A stretch of DNA of 64,000 nucleotides, taken from assembly GCA_028714475.1 (NCBI GenBank), contig JAQTNC010000005.1, positions 6,857-70,856 on the forward strand, written 5' to 3'. A program made the position numbers and the translations under genes. The stretch comes from Patescibacteria group bacterium. GTDB taxonomy: Bacteria > Patescibacteriota > Patescibacteriia > SG8-24. The notes under the pieces are model-generated. The model did not search any database. It was not told where the DNA came from and was given only the letters and a program-made list of their open reading frames with translations. Positions 25,464 to 35,114 of the stretch are shown here, piece by piece. Within the stretch, counting starts at the first letter, position 1; each line of letters starts with the position of its first letter.

Positions 25464-27629
25464 ATGCAGAGCGCCAGAACCAAGCTTTTGATCGCTTTTC
25501 TGTCGGCCATCGCCGTTTTTCTGGCGGTGGAAGTCGTTTTGTTCATATTTTACGCCCGCGTCGTAGGGCAATATCAGGATGTGACGAGCAACGTGCTCGT
25601 TGAGTACCGGCTGGTCGAGGCGGCTGGCGAGTTGCCGGAAGACTACAACGGTGTCCTCAAGAACCTCAACAGCCTTGAACGACGCCAGAAATATACCAGC
25701 TTGCGCGACGAGATCATCGCCACGCTGGGTACCCTCGACCAGACCATCATTTACGGCGACAGCCGCATCGCCTTCTTGAGCGTGCGCAACACGATGTTGA
25801 GTCTCATCAGCGAATGTGACGCCGGCATCGAGGAGGTCGTGCGCGGCGACTTCACGAAGATGTCGGCCCATTACGACGAGTCCTTGCGTCTGGCGGGGTT
25901 CGTCAGGGAGAGCAGCACCGCCTTGCTGCTCAAGGAGATCGAATACACCAAAAGCCTGCAGCAGGATATCGCCAAGAGCCAGAACGACGTCAGCGCGATG
26001 GCGATGGTGCTGTTCCTGTTTTTGGCGGCGGGCGGCGTGATTTTCTCGGTGGTGTTGGCGCACATGATCGTTTGGCCGGTGACGCGTTTGGCGGTCGTCG
26101 CCAAGTCATTGGCCGCCGGTTCCTTTGACGTCAAGGTCGATGATTGGCTGGCTCGGCGTGATGATGATTACGGGCGGGCTGGCCGAGACTTGGGCGTCGT
26201 GGCGGCGGAACGGAAGCGCACCGTGGAGCGGCTAAAGGAAACGGAGAGCCGGGTGGAAACAGCCAATGCGGAGTTGAAGAATGATGTTCGGCAGTTGAAT
26301 GAACTGGCGACGTCGGCGGCCGAGGCGAATGCCCGGCTGGTGATGCGGACAAGCCACGAGGAATCAGCGGGCCGGATCATCCAGGGGCTCGTGAAGTTGC
26401 CGGACGTGTCGGCAGCCAGCGAGGACGCGTTGGCCGAGATCTGGCGCCTGCTGGGCGCCGACTTGGTTCAGCTCGCGATTTTTTCCGGGGATGAGGTTCG
26501 GGAGATGGCCGTTTGGCCGCCGCTCGGCGAGAGCGAGCGATTGCGCTTGACGTCCGAAGCAGGCGGCTTTGTCGCGTATGTTGCCAAGTCGGAACAGCCA
26601 GTGGTTTCTGACCTGACTGACGAGAAAAGGTTCAGCCTTGATCCGTCGTGGGCGCATCTCGGTTACCATCGCGTCATTGGCGTGGCCGTGCCTGGGGCCG
26701 GTGGCAACGCGATCGGCTTGCTGACGGTCTGCTTTCGCAAGTCGGGTGACGGTGATGGCGTCTTGGTCGGCTTCTTGAAGACAGTCAGCGGCGCGCTCGG
26801 CCTGGCCTTGGATCGCGCCCGGGAGGTCGAGCAGGGTGCTGGTCGTGAGGCCATTCGCGACTGGCTTACGTTGGCCGTCACGCGGGATTTGCGGACGCCG
26901 CTCGCCGCCGTGCATTGGAACCTGCAGGCCGTCATGGAGGGCCGAGCGGGACACCTGGAAAAACAGCCGCTGGAATTCCTGCGCGCGACAGCAGAAACGA
27001 TGGCGATGGTTTATGGGCGGCTGGATGACATGATGACCGCCTTGGATATCGCGGAAGGGCGATTGACGATTGTCGCCGAACCGTTCCGTCCGGAAGACGT
27101 CTGGTCGCCCGTTCAGGAATCCCTCAAGGATCGGTTCGAGGCGAAGCACATCCATCTGGAATACAATCCGCCGCCGGCGCCTTTGGCGACCATCACGGCT
27201 GACCGCACGAAGACGCAAGCGGTCATGAGCAAGCTGCTCATGAATGCGCTTTCCGGCTCGCTTCCGGGCGGCACGGTTCGCGTGCGTTTGGCGCTTGAGA
27301 AAGAACGTTTCCGTTTTGAGGTGAGCGATGACGGCGTCGGTATTCCCCGCGCCGACCAAGCGGGAATTTTCCGGCTGCTCCGGCCCGGGCCAAACGCCAC
27401 CCATGAGCCGGACGCCGCCGGGTTGGAACTGTTCATCGTCAAGAGCCTCATCGAGCGACAGGGCGGCAGCGTCGGTTTCCGCAGCGAAGAGGCGCGCGGC
27501 AGCGTTTTCTGGTTTGAATTGCCGCTCGCGTACGACAAAGCCGGCGAGGCTGGCAAGAGTCCGGCCAAAACCGCCAAAGGAGAAGAACCGGGCGCCACTG
27601 GATTACGTGACGGCCAACGAACCCCCTAA
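25464..27629 (+). CDS. sensor histidine kinase (TM, HAMP, GAF-like, HisKA, HATPase_c)
   Basis: TM helix and HAMP (MIVWPVTRLAVVAKSLAAGSFDVKV). H-box region LAVTRDLRTPLAAVHWNL. HATPase ending GLELFIVKSLIERQGGSVGFRSEEARGSVFWFELP. Start chosen at Met25 of the track ORF. Confidence 0.8.
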   Translation: MQSARTKLLIAFLSAIAVFLAVEVVLFIFYARVVGQYQDVTSNVLVEYRLVEAAGELPEDYNGVLKNLNSLERRQKYTSLRDEIIATLGTLDQTIIYGDSRIAFLSVRNTMLSLISECDAGIEEVVRGDFTKMSAHYDESLRLAGFVRESSTALLLKEIEYTKSLQQDIAKSQNDVSAMAMVLFLFLAAGGVIFSVVLAHMIVWPVTRLAVVAKSLAAGSFDVKVDDWLARRDDDYGRAGRDLGVVAAERKRTVERLKETESRVETANAELKNDVRQLNELATSAAEANARLVMRTSHEESAGRIIQGLVKLPDVSAASEDALAEIWRLLGADLVQLAIFSGDEVREMAVWPPLGESERLRLTSEAGGFVAYVAKSEQPVVSDLTDEKRFSLDPSWAHLGYHRVIGVAVPGAGGNAIGLLTVCFRKSGDGDGVLVGFLKTVSGALGLALDRAREVEQGAGREAIRDWLTLAVTRDLRTPLAAVHWNLQAVMEGRAGHLEKQPLEFLRATAETMAMVYGRLDDMMTALDIAEGRLTIVAEPFRPEDVWSPVQESLKDRFEAKHIHLEYNPPPAPLATITADRTKTQAVMSKLLMNALSGSLPGGTVRVRLALEKERFRFEVSDDGVGIPRADQAGIFRLLRPGPNATHEPDAAGLELFIVKSLIERQGGSVGFRSEEARGSVFWFELPLAYDKAGEAGKSPAKTAKGEEPGATGLRDGQRTP

Positions 27630-27673
27630 TGTTTTTGGTCGGGTTGGTTCACGACCGACCCGCCAACGCCCAT

Positions 27674-28675
27674 ATGAGAAAAAGCGTCATCATCCTGTTG
27701 GTTTGTGTGCTGATTCTGGCCATCGGCTGCTGGTTGGCTGCAGTGCGGCTTTCCGACCGGAAAACGGACAATCTGATTTCGCCGACCGTGACGATGGAAC
27801 CGGTGAAGGTTGGCCTGGTCGGTTCCCCGTCCGCGCGCTTTGCCGGGGAATATTTCGCGAGTCAAGGCGGGCTTTACGCCCAGCGCGGCTTGGACGTCAG
27901 TTTCGGCTCCAGTACCAGCCAGGAAATATTGGCCAAGGTGATTTCCGGCGAATATCAGTTTGGCTTGTTGTCGGCTGACGCCCTGATTAAGGCGAAGGCG
28001 GGAGGGCGGCCTTTGACGGCCGTGTTCGTGACCTATCGGGTTTGTCCCGTAGCGTTTTTCATTCGGCCCGGTTCGGGCATCGCGACAGCGGCGGATTTCG
28101 TCAACCGGAAAATCGGGGTCAATGACGACGAACGCCTGCCGTTTCGGTCGGCCATGCGTCGGGCTGGCGTCGCGGCCGGTGCTTGGCAGGAGGTGCCGCG
28201 CGGTGACAGCTTCGCGCCCTTCCTGAACGGCGACTATGACGTGCTGGTCGGCTGGGTTTCGGACGCCTACCGTCTGGGGCAAGCCGACGGCAGCCCGTAC
28301 GTGACGATAACGGCGGCGGATTTGGGTGTCCAGAACATGACTGACGTCATCGTGACCACCGAGGATTTCCTGAAGCGACAGCCGGAAATCATTCGCGGTT
28401 TCGTGGTGGCCACGCAGGAAGGGTGGCAGAAGTCCTTTGAGGAAACGAACCAGGCCGTTCAGTATGTCCATCATTTCCAAGCCGACGCGACCGCGGAAGG
28501 GACGACGACTGAACTGCAGGCCCTACATCCCTTCATCCAGCCCAACGTCGGTTCGGTCATCGGCGAATCCTCGTTTGTCGATTGGCGCCGCAGTGTCGAG
28601 GCACTGGACGAGCTGGATCATTTTCGTCAAGGCATTGACGTCGCCAGCCTGTATGACATGTCGTTCCTGCCCTGA
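27674..28675 (+). CDS. ABC-type substrate-binding protein, NMT1/THI5/SsuA-like (nitrate/sulfonate/bicarbonate family)
   Basis: N-terminal anchor MRKSVIILLVCVLILAIGCW, then KVGLVGSPSARFAGEYFASQGGLYAQRGLDVSFGSSTSQEILAKVISGEYQFGLLSADALIKAKAGGRPLTAV, typical of this periplasmic binding fold. Confidence 0.6.
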   Translation: MRKSVIILLVCVLILAIGCWLAAVRLSDRKTDNLISPTVTMEPVKVGLVGSPSARFAGEYFASQGGLYAQRGLDVSFGSSTSQEILAKVISGEYQFGLLSADALIKAKAGGRPLTAVFVTYRVCPVAFFIRPGSGIATAADFVNRKIGVNDDERLPFRSAMRRAGVAAGAWQEVPRGDSFAPFLNGDYDVLVGWVSDAYRLGQADGSPYVTITAADLGVQNMTDVIVTTEDFLKRQPEIIRGFVVATQEGWQKSFEETNQAVQYVHHFQADATAEGTTTELQALHPFIQPNVGSVIGESSFVDWRRSVEALDELDHFRQGIDVASLYDMSFLP

Positions 28676-28686
28676 ATGACGAAAAC

Positions 28687-31095
28687 ATGAAACTGAATTG
28701 GAAAATTTCCCTCATTTTCGTGGGTAGCGCGGTTCTTTCCACGGCCGCGGCCGCGGTTTTTTCCGGTTCTTTCGCCGCCAAACTCCTGCAGGATCGGACG
28801 GGGCAGGAAAACCAGCGCATGGCGGTCAGCGCCTTGCGCGAAATTGACACCTTGATGGACGCTGGCGCTACCGATGTCCGGGTGGTGGCCTCTGACATCA
28901 AGCTCACCGAATTCGTGTTGGGCAAGTCGACGCAAGAAATGGCTAACGCGCAGATGGCGGAATTCATTGAGCTGTGGGGTCGCTGGAACTCACTTTCCGT
29001 CGTCGGTGTTGACGGGGTGGTTTTGGCCTCTGACGACGAAAGCATAGTTGGGCATCGTTATGGCGCCGGTACCGCGGACTTCCTGTCTTTACGGCAGGCG
29101 TTGGTTTCGCCCCGCGTTTATTGCTCCGGCGCGGTTTCGAATGAACACGGTTACGGCCGTGAGTTGGTTTTTGCCTATCGGATGGTTGATGTCAACAGGC
29201 TGGGCCATCCGATCATCGCTGTTGTCGTCGGCCATCTGGCCATGGGTGCCATAGACGACGTCTTGGCCGCGACTGACGCCAACACCTATTTGGTGAGCAG
29301 CAGCGGTGAAACTGTTTCCCGCAACCTGCGTGACTACGGCCAACATCCGGTGCCGAGCCGCCTCGCGGCCTCGACGGCCGCCATTTCGCTTGAAGGCTTC
29401 CGGTTGGTCTCGTCTGATGGCGCTCTTTCCGGGACACAGGTCATCGCCGGTTACGCGAAGGAGAAGGGGTTGGGCGAATACGGCGGCAGCGGCTGGACGG
29501 CGGTGGTGGAAACGCCTGTAGCTGATCTCTCCGAGGCGGTCCGCAGCCTGACCATCTCCATGACCGTCATCCTGCTGCCGCTGTTCGTGCTGGTTTCCGG
29601 CCTGGCGATGCTGTTCGTGGCCTTTTTCGCCATCCGGCCGGCCCTGTCGCTCACCCAGACGGTGCGCTTCTTCTCCGCCGGCGACATGAGCCGGCGCTCG
29701 ACCATCGCGAGTGGCGACGAGTTCGGCGTCCTGGCCAACGCCTTCAACGAGATGGCGGAACGCGTCCAGTCTCTGCAGGGTCGCTTGTCGAATGAGGTGG
29801 GACGCAAGTCGCGCGAGCTGAAGAGGAAGATTGTCGAGTTAGCCACGCGGAACGTCGAAAAGGAAGCGACGGAGGAGCGTCTGCGCGAACAGCTTGATCG
29901 CCAGGAGGCGCTCACCAACATCGGGCGGAATCTCATCACGGCGGCAGACATCAAGACGGCCCTGGGCGTGGCCGCCGCCTCGGCCCAGCGGCTGCTCAAG
30001 GCCGACGGGGCGCACGTTATCTTGGTGGCCAGCGATGGCCATACCATAACCGACTTCGGACGAAGCGGATGCCATTGTGACCTGTCTGTTTTGGTGCCGG
30101 ATTCCGTCGAGACCGTGGCCATGAAGACCGTCGAGCCAGTCGTTTCCCTTGATTTGTCCAGGGAAAAACGGTTCAAGCTGCCCGCGAATCAGGAGGGTGT
30201 TGATTACAGCAGCATTTTGGCGGTTTCGGTGCGTGGCGAGGCCGGCAGTCCCATCGGCGCGTTTTTGGCCGCCACGCAGCGCTTGAACGGCTTCACCGCA
30301 TCCGACGCCAGCTTCATCCGTTCATTGGCCGATCTCATTGGCTTGGCCGTGGAGCGGCGGGCGGCGGCGGAGCGCATCAGCGAGTTGGGTCGGTTGCGCT
30401 CCCGCATCATCCAGATCATCTCCCGCGACTTCCGCAACCCGCTGTCCGTGGCTCGGTGGAACCTGTCCGTCCTGCTGGGCGGTCGGGCCGGACGCCTGCC
30501 TGACGAACAGCGGGATCTGGTGCGCGTCACCGAGGAGGCCGTGAGTTCGGCCAGGAATTACGTGAACGACCTGCTGGCCGCGCTGGACATTGAGGAACAC
30601 CGGGTCGTTTTTGCGCCGACGCGGTTCCGCTTGGAGGACGCTTGGCTGGCCGTGCGGGCGCACTACCTTGGTCAGTTCCAATCCAAGCACATCGCCTTGG
30701 AGTACGAGCCGCCGAAGGAACCTTTGCCGGAGGTCATCGCGGATGAGGAAAAGATCCGCGACGTCATCGGAAAGTTCACGGATAATGCCTTGTCGTACAC
30801 GCGTTTCGCCGGCACGGTCAAGGTCCGCCTGTCGTCCGTCGCCGATCGGGTTCGCTTCGAGATACAGGACACCGGCATCGGCATCCCGGCGGCTGACCAG
30901 CCGGAAATCTATCGCCGCTTCTATCGGGCATCGAACGCCGTTTATGGCCGCACCGAAGCGCCTGGCCTGGGGTTGTTCATCGCCAAGCATTTCATCGAGG
31001 AACAGGGCGGCGAGGTCGGCTTCCGAAGCGAGGAGGGGAAGGGAAGCGTGTTCTGGTTTGAGTTGCCGACCGTGAAAAGAGAAAAGTCAAAATAA
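28687..31095 (+). CDS. sensor histidine kinase (periplasmic Cache-like domain, HAMP, GAF, HisKA, HATPase_c)
   Basis: Signal/TM, a large periplasmic region, a second TM plus HAMP, a GAF-like region, an H-box (SRDFRNPLSVARWNL), and the HATPase ending GLGLFIAKHFIEEQGGEVGFRSEEGKGSVFWFELP. Confidence 0.8.
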   Translation: MKLNWKISLIFVGSAVLSTAAAAVFSGSFAAKLLQDRTGQENQRMAVSALREIDTLMDAGATDVRVVASDIKLTEFVLGKSTQEMANAQMAEFIELWGRWNSLSVVGVDGVVLASDDESIVGHRYGAGTADFLSLRQALVSPRVYCSGAVSNEHGYGRELVFAYRMVDVNRLGHPIIAVVVGHLAMGAIDDVLAATDANTYLVSSSGETVSRNLRDYGQHPVPSRLAASTAAISLEGFRLVSSDGALSGTQVIAGYAKEKGLGEYGGSGWTAVVETPVADLSEAVRSLTISMTVILLPLFVLVSGLAMLFVAFFAIRPALSLTQTVRFFSAGDMSRRSTIASGDEFGVLANAFNEMAERVQSLQGRLSNEVGRKSRELKRKIVELATRNVEKEATEERLREQLDRQEALTNIGRNLITAADIKTALGVAAASAQRLLKADGAHVILVASDGHTITDFGRSGCHCDLSVLVPDSVETVAMKTVEPVVSLDLSREKRFKLPANQEGVDYSSILAVSVRGEAGSPIGAFLAATQRLNGFTASDASFIRSLADLIGLAVERRAAAERISELGRLRSRIIQIISRDFRNPLSVARWNLSVLLGGRAGRLPDEQRDLVRVTEEAVSSARNYVNDLLAALDIEEHRVVFAPTRFRLEDAWLAVRAHYLGQFQSKHIALEYEPPKEPLPEVIADEEKIRDVIGKFTDNALSYTRFAGTVKVRLSSVADRVRFEIQDTGIGIPAADQPEIYRRFYRASNAVYGRTEAPGLGLFIAKHFIEEQGGEVGFRSEEGKGSVFWFELPTVKREKSK

Positions 31096-31104
31096 TCTGC
31101 CAGC

Positions 31105-32355
31105 ATGGGGCCGAACTTCCTGCCTACAACTAAGCGCGCTTGGCTCGGGGCGGCTTGTGGCGCGGTCGTTTTTTCGGGCGTTGCGGCCGTGGCTTGGAAT
31201 CGCCCAGCGCCGGTGTTGCCGCTCACCGTGGTTTCCGGCGGAGCAGCCCAAACGGACTCATCGGCGATTCCTGATGCGTCTGCGTTTGATGATTCGTCGG
31301 CAGCCGCTTCCGCGCCCGACGCCTTAAGCGCGGCTGCCGATTTCCCTTCGCCGAGACTGACAGTCGCGGCGGCCAAACCGGAAATCACGATTCTCGCGGT
31401 CGGCGACATCATGCTTTCGCGTACGGTGGCCGAACGCATCCGCCAAAACGGCGCCGCTTACCCTTATGCCCGCTTGGCCGGTTGGATCGCTTCGGCTGAA
31501 GTGGCTTTCGCCAATTTGGAAACGCCGCTCGTCGTCGGTCGGCCCGTGCGCTCCGGCGAGATGTCTTTTCATTCCGATCCGGGTCAGGCCAAGGAGTTGC
31601 GGCAGGCCGGATTTGACGTCGTTTCCTTGGCGAACAACCATACGCCGAACGCTGGCAGCGCCGGCTTGGCTTCCACCTTCCAGGCGCTTGCTGACGCTGG
31701 CGTCATGTTTTCCGGCGCCGGCAAGGATCTCGCCTCCGCCTCCGCGCCCGCCGTCGTCGAGGCCCAAGGCGTCCGGTTCGCCTTCCTTTCTTATAATGAC
31801 CCGTCCGTGGTGCCGGTGTCTTATGGCGCGACGGCCAGCCGGGGAGGGACGAACATGATGGATGCCAAAAGGCTGACCGCGGACGTGGCAGCGGCCCGAC
31901 AGCAGGCCGACGTCGTGATCGTTTCCATGCACGCCGGCGACGAGTATGTCGCCAGGCCGAACCGGCGTCAGGTCGAATTCGCGCATGCGGCCATTGATGC
32001 GGGCGCGGACGCGGTGATTGGCCACCATCCGCACGTCGTGCAGACGGCCGAGATATATAAGGAAAAGCTCATCCTCTACAGCCTCGGCAATTTCATCTTT
32101 GACCAGGATTGGTCACGCGCCACGCAGGATGGCCTGGCGGCGCGGCTCGTCTGGCGCGACGGGCGGTTCAGGCGCGTCGAGTTCACGCCGATTGACGTCA
32201 ACCTTTCCCAGCCGCGGACAGCGGACGCCGCCGGTGCCGAGCGCATCCTGAAAAGATTGGAACAGCCGCTTGTTCACCAGTCGTGCGCAAGCCCGGAAGA
32301 AGGCGATTGCCCATACATGGTTTTGTCGGCGGGAGCGGCGGCGAACGGGGAATGA
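31105..32355 (+). CDS. capA: CapA family protein (PGA_cap metallophosphatase-like; poly-gamma-glutamate capsule synthesis family)
   Basis: The core ILAVGDIMLSRTV...AFANLETPL...FDVVSLANNHT...SMHAGDEY...IGHHPHVVQ matches PGA_cap. Signal/anchor and a low-complexity Ala/Ser-rich N-terminus. Confidence 0.75.
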   Translation: MGPNFLPTTKRAWLGAACGAVVFSGVAAVAWNRPAPVLPLTVVSGGAAQTDSSAIPDASAFDDSSAAASAPDALSAAADFPSPRLTVAAAKPEITILAVGDIMLSRTVAERIRQNGAAYPYARLAGWIASAEVAFANLETPLVVGRPVRSGEMSFHSDPGQAKELRQAGFDVVSLANNHTPNAGSAGLASTFQALADAGVMFSGAGKDLASASAPAVVEAQGVRFAFLSYNDPSVVPVSYGATASRGGTNMMDAKRLTADVAAARQQADVVIVSMHAGDEYVARPNRRQVEFAHAAIDAGADAVIGHHPHVVQTAEIYKEKLILYSLGNFIFDQDWSRATQDGLAARLVWRDGRFRRVEFTPIDVNLSQPRTADAAGAERILKRLEQPLVHQSCASPEEGDCPYMVLSAGAAANGE

Positions 32356-32435
32356 GCGCCGGTCTTGCGGCCGAGGGTTTGGCTTGACCATGGGCAATCT
32401 TTTGTTTAAAATAAGCTATTTTTTAGGTTCCGCCG

Positions 32436-32464
32436 TTGTCCAAAACAGCCAGATAGCCTATACT
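32436..32464 (+). promoter_or_regulatory. sigma70-like promoter TTGTCC-17-TATACT upstream of the 6-TM transporter gene
   Basis: Hexamers and 17-nt spacing read directly. Placed 10 bp before the ATG at 32475. Confidence 0.4.
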
Positions 32465-32474
32465 TTCTTACGCC

Positions 32475-33113
32475 ATGAACATCCGCGAATACTTCCGCTT
32501 CAACCCCGTCATCTGGGTGCTCATCTATTCGGATTTCCTCATCATCGCGGCGACCGGTTTCCTGTCGCCGATTCTGGCCGTGTATCTGACCGACCAGATT
32601 CGCGGCGGCTCTCTCACCGTCGTCGGCATCGCCACCGCGATTTACTGGATCGTGAAGTCAGTCCTGCAGGTGCCCGTGTCCCTGTACGTGGACCGGTCGC
32701 GCAGCAACCTCACGGCTTACTCGGTCATGGTCGTGGGCTCGTTCGTGAGTAGCGTCGTGCCGCTCCTGTATTTCTTCTTCGCGCGCGAGGTCTGGCATGT
32801 GTACATGATTCAAGCGATGGCCGGCGTGGCGGACGCGTTCATGGTTCCGACTTGGTTGGCGCTGTTCACGAAGCACGTTGACCGACACAAGGAGGCATCC
32901 GAATGGGCGGCCTACAGCAACGCGAGCGGCATCGGCTTCGCGCTCGCGGCCGCGATTGGCGGCACCATCGCCGAGCGGTTCGGCTTCCGCATCATCTTCC
33001 TGCTCGTGTCGGCCTGCGCGTTTGTCGGTACCCTGTTGCTTTTCGTCATCCGGCACCGCCTGGTCGTCGGGGAACACCGACAGGCGCTCGCTCGGCTGGC
33101 GAAATCCGCCTGA
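32475..33113 (+). CDS. 6-TM MFS-like half transporter (N-terminal MFS half; truncated gene or genuine half-size MFS protein)
   Basis: 212 aa with about 6 hydrophobic helices and an MFS motif-A-like loop (SLYVDRSRSNL). A full MFS transporter has 12 TMs and about 400 aa. Confidence 0.4.
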   Translation: MNIREYFRFNPVIWVLIYSDFLIIAATGFLSPILAVYLTDQIRGGSLTVVGIATAIYWIVKSVLQVPVSLYVDRSRSNLTAYSVMVVGSFVSSVVPLLYFFFAREVWHVYMIQAMAGVADAFMVPTWLALFTKHVDRHKEASEWAAYSNASGIGFALAAAIGGTIAERFGFRIIFLLVSACAFVGTLLLFVIRHRLVVGEHRQALARLAKSA

Positions 33114-33117
33114 ACCT

Positions 33118-33819
33118 ATGCTTGAATTCTGGCAGAACTACCTTTTCCGTCCGCTCCTCAACCTGCTGCTTTATCTTTATAGCGGGCCGGCTTTCGGCAA
33201 CATGGGTTTCGCCATCATCGAGCTGACGGTGCTGCTCCGCATCGCGCTTTTGCCGCTCACCCTTCTCGACGAGCGCAACCGCTCCCTTTACGAAAGGTTG
33301 AGCCGCAAGATGGAGTCGCTCGCGCGCGACTTCAAGGGCGACCACGTCAAGCGCAAGGAGATGATCCGCGAGCTGCTCAAGCAACATCGCGTCAACTACT
33401 GGGCCAAGGTGCTGGTGCTCGGCGTCCAGGGCCTGGTGCTCGTTCTTCTCTATCAGGTCTTCATGGGCGGCTTGAAGTTCGACCGGCCGGAGGCGCTGTA
33501 TTCGTGGGTCAACAGGCCCGAGGCCGTCAACACCCTCTTTCTCGGCTTCGACCTGGCCAAGCACAGCACGTTCTGGCCTTTGCTGGTGGCGGTCGTCCTG
33601 TTCCTGGAGATATATTCCGTCCAGAAGAAGCACGTCCATCTCGTCACCCGCTCGGACGTCATGTACCTGATTTTCTTTCCGCTGTTCACGGCCGTCGCGC
33701 TCCTGCTTTTGCCCATGGTCAAGTCGCTCTTCATCTTGACCTCGATGGTCTTCTCGATGCTCGTGTTTTGGATCAGGCAGGTGGTTTTTGGCCACAAGGT
33801 GTCCGAAGATGACGATTAA
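33118..33819 (+). CDS. yidC: membrane protein insertase YidC/Oxa1 family (short form)
   Basis: MLEFWQNYLFRPLLNLLLYLY...GNMGFAIIELTVLLRIALLPLT matches the YidC core (G.WGLAIILLTILVR.LLLPL), followed by the amphipathic and TM segments typical of short YidC. The ATG is at Met81 of the track ORF 32878..33819. Confidence 0.65.
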   Translation: MLEFWQNYLFRPLLNLLLYLYSGPAFGNMGFAIIELTVLLRIALLPLTLLDERNRSLYERLSRKMESLARDFKGDHVKRKEMIRELLKQHRVNYWAKVLVLGVQGLVLVLLYQVFMGGLKFDRPEALYSWVNRPEAVNTLFLGFDLAKHSTFWPLLVAVVLFLEIYSVQKKHVHLVTRSDVMYLIFFPLFTAVALLLLPMVKSLFILTSMVFSMLVFWIRQVVFGHKVSEDDD

Positions 33820-33941
33820 AAGCTTCAATTAAGCCAAAAAACAATTGCCGTCCTTGCCGGGACGGCGGTTTTTTGGTTTACTGTATTGGTCTAAAGCCGG
33901 CTTTGTTGCGGACGGATCGCCGGCAGTTATCTATCGACGTT

Positions 33942-34538
33942 ATGGCCGACAGCCTGGATAAGATAATGTATTCCTTCGTCGTCGAGGACGTGCTGAAGGG
34001 ACTTTTCATTCACGTCCCGCCGGGATACGTCGCCTGCGTCTATGACCTCGGGCAGGGCGTGCTCAAGAAAGTCCTCACGCCGGGACTGCATCTCAAGATT
34101 CCGTTCTGGCAGAAGGCGAAGCTTTTCAACACGCAGACGCTTGAGTATTCCGTGAGCCGCCGTTTCAATCCAGAGAATGAGCAGGCGCTCGGCGACGGCC
34201 CGATCATCGCGCAGACCTTCGACAGCAAGCGCATCTCGGTCGAGGGCACGGTGCTGCTGCGGCTCGACGTGAACCAGGTGCCGACCATCTGGCAGACCAT
34301 TGGCGAGGATTTCGTCTCCAAGATCGTGCGGCCGACGATCCGCAGCCGCATGCGCATGATCACCAGTCGCTACAATTATCAGGACATCGTTTCCCTCCGC
34401 CGCGACGCGGTCGAGGTGGACTGCAAGAACGAGCTCGAGCGCATCTTCTATCCGCGCGGCATCTTCGTCGAGAACGTCCTGCTCTCGGAAATCTGCCACG
34501 TCGGCAACGCCAAGGCGCCGGAGGAGTGCGTGGAGTAG
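33942..34538 (+). CDS. SPFH/Band-7 domain protein (stomatin/prohibitin-like)
   Basis: About 198 aa; VPPGYVACVYDLGQGV..LTPGLHLKIPFWQKAKLFNTQTLEY...EGTVLLRLDV is typical of SPFH domain starts. Start at Met24 of the track ORF. Confidence 0.5.
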   Translation: MADSLDKIMYSFVVEDVLKGLFIHVPPGYVACVYDLGQGVLKKVLTPGLHLKIPFWQKAKLFNTQTLEYSVSRRFNPENEQALGDGPIIAQTFDSKRISVEGTVLLRLDVNQVPTIWQTIGEDFVSKIVRPTIRSRMRMITSRYNYQDIVSLRRDAVEVDCKNELERIFYPRGIFVENVLLSEICHVGNAKAPEECVE

Positions 34539-34619
34539 CGGTCGGGCTTGTCCCGACCTCACCAAATCGGACGCAAAAAACGTCGGGCGTACCGCGCCCG
34601 ACGTTTCGTTTTGGTGTCC

Positions 34620-35033
34620 CTAGTGCGCCGCATCACCCGTGGCCTCGATAATCATCATTTTGTAGAAGTTCACGATGTAAACCTCCGTCCAGGTTGCTTG
34701 GGTGTCGGGCTGCATACCCGGAAAAACGTCCTTCATCACCCTCTCGATTTCGCCCCGAATCCTGTCCAAAAAGGCGTCCCTGGCCTCCGCGTCCATGCCT
34801 TGCAGGGCGACCAGCGCCTCGCTGGCCATGGTCTCGAAAATCCGCTGCTTAGCTCCAGGTGGCTTGTCTTCCTTCAATTCCTGCTCATGACTATGGAATA
34901 TTTCCGTGGCCGCCGCCAAGGCGCGCTCCTTCGGGCTTGCTTCCGTTTCGTCGTGGTGATCTCGTTCCGAAAACATAAGTTTATGGTTATTTTCTATAAT
35001 AATTATATCACGCTCTTTAAACGCGGGCCACAC
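34620..35033 (-). CDS. hypothetical protein
   Basis: 137-aa acidic helical ORF. No domain recognised. Confidence 0.3.
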   Translation of the reverse strand: MWPAFKERDIIIIENNHKLMFSERDHHDETEASPKERALAAATEIFHSHEQELKEDKPPGAKQRIFETMASEALVALQGMDAEARDAFLDRIRGEIERVMKDVFPGMQPDTQATWTEVYIVNFYKMMIIEATGDAAH

Positions 35034-35114
35034 CTGGACTTGGTGCGGGTTGCTATATAGGGCACCAGCAAGCCGTTGCTGGTGCCCTTCTTCGCGTTGG
35101 GTTTCGAGACCCTT

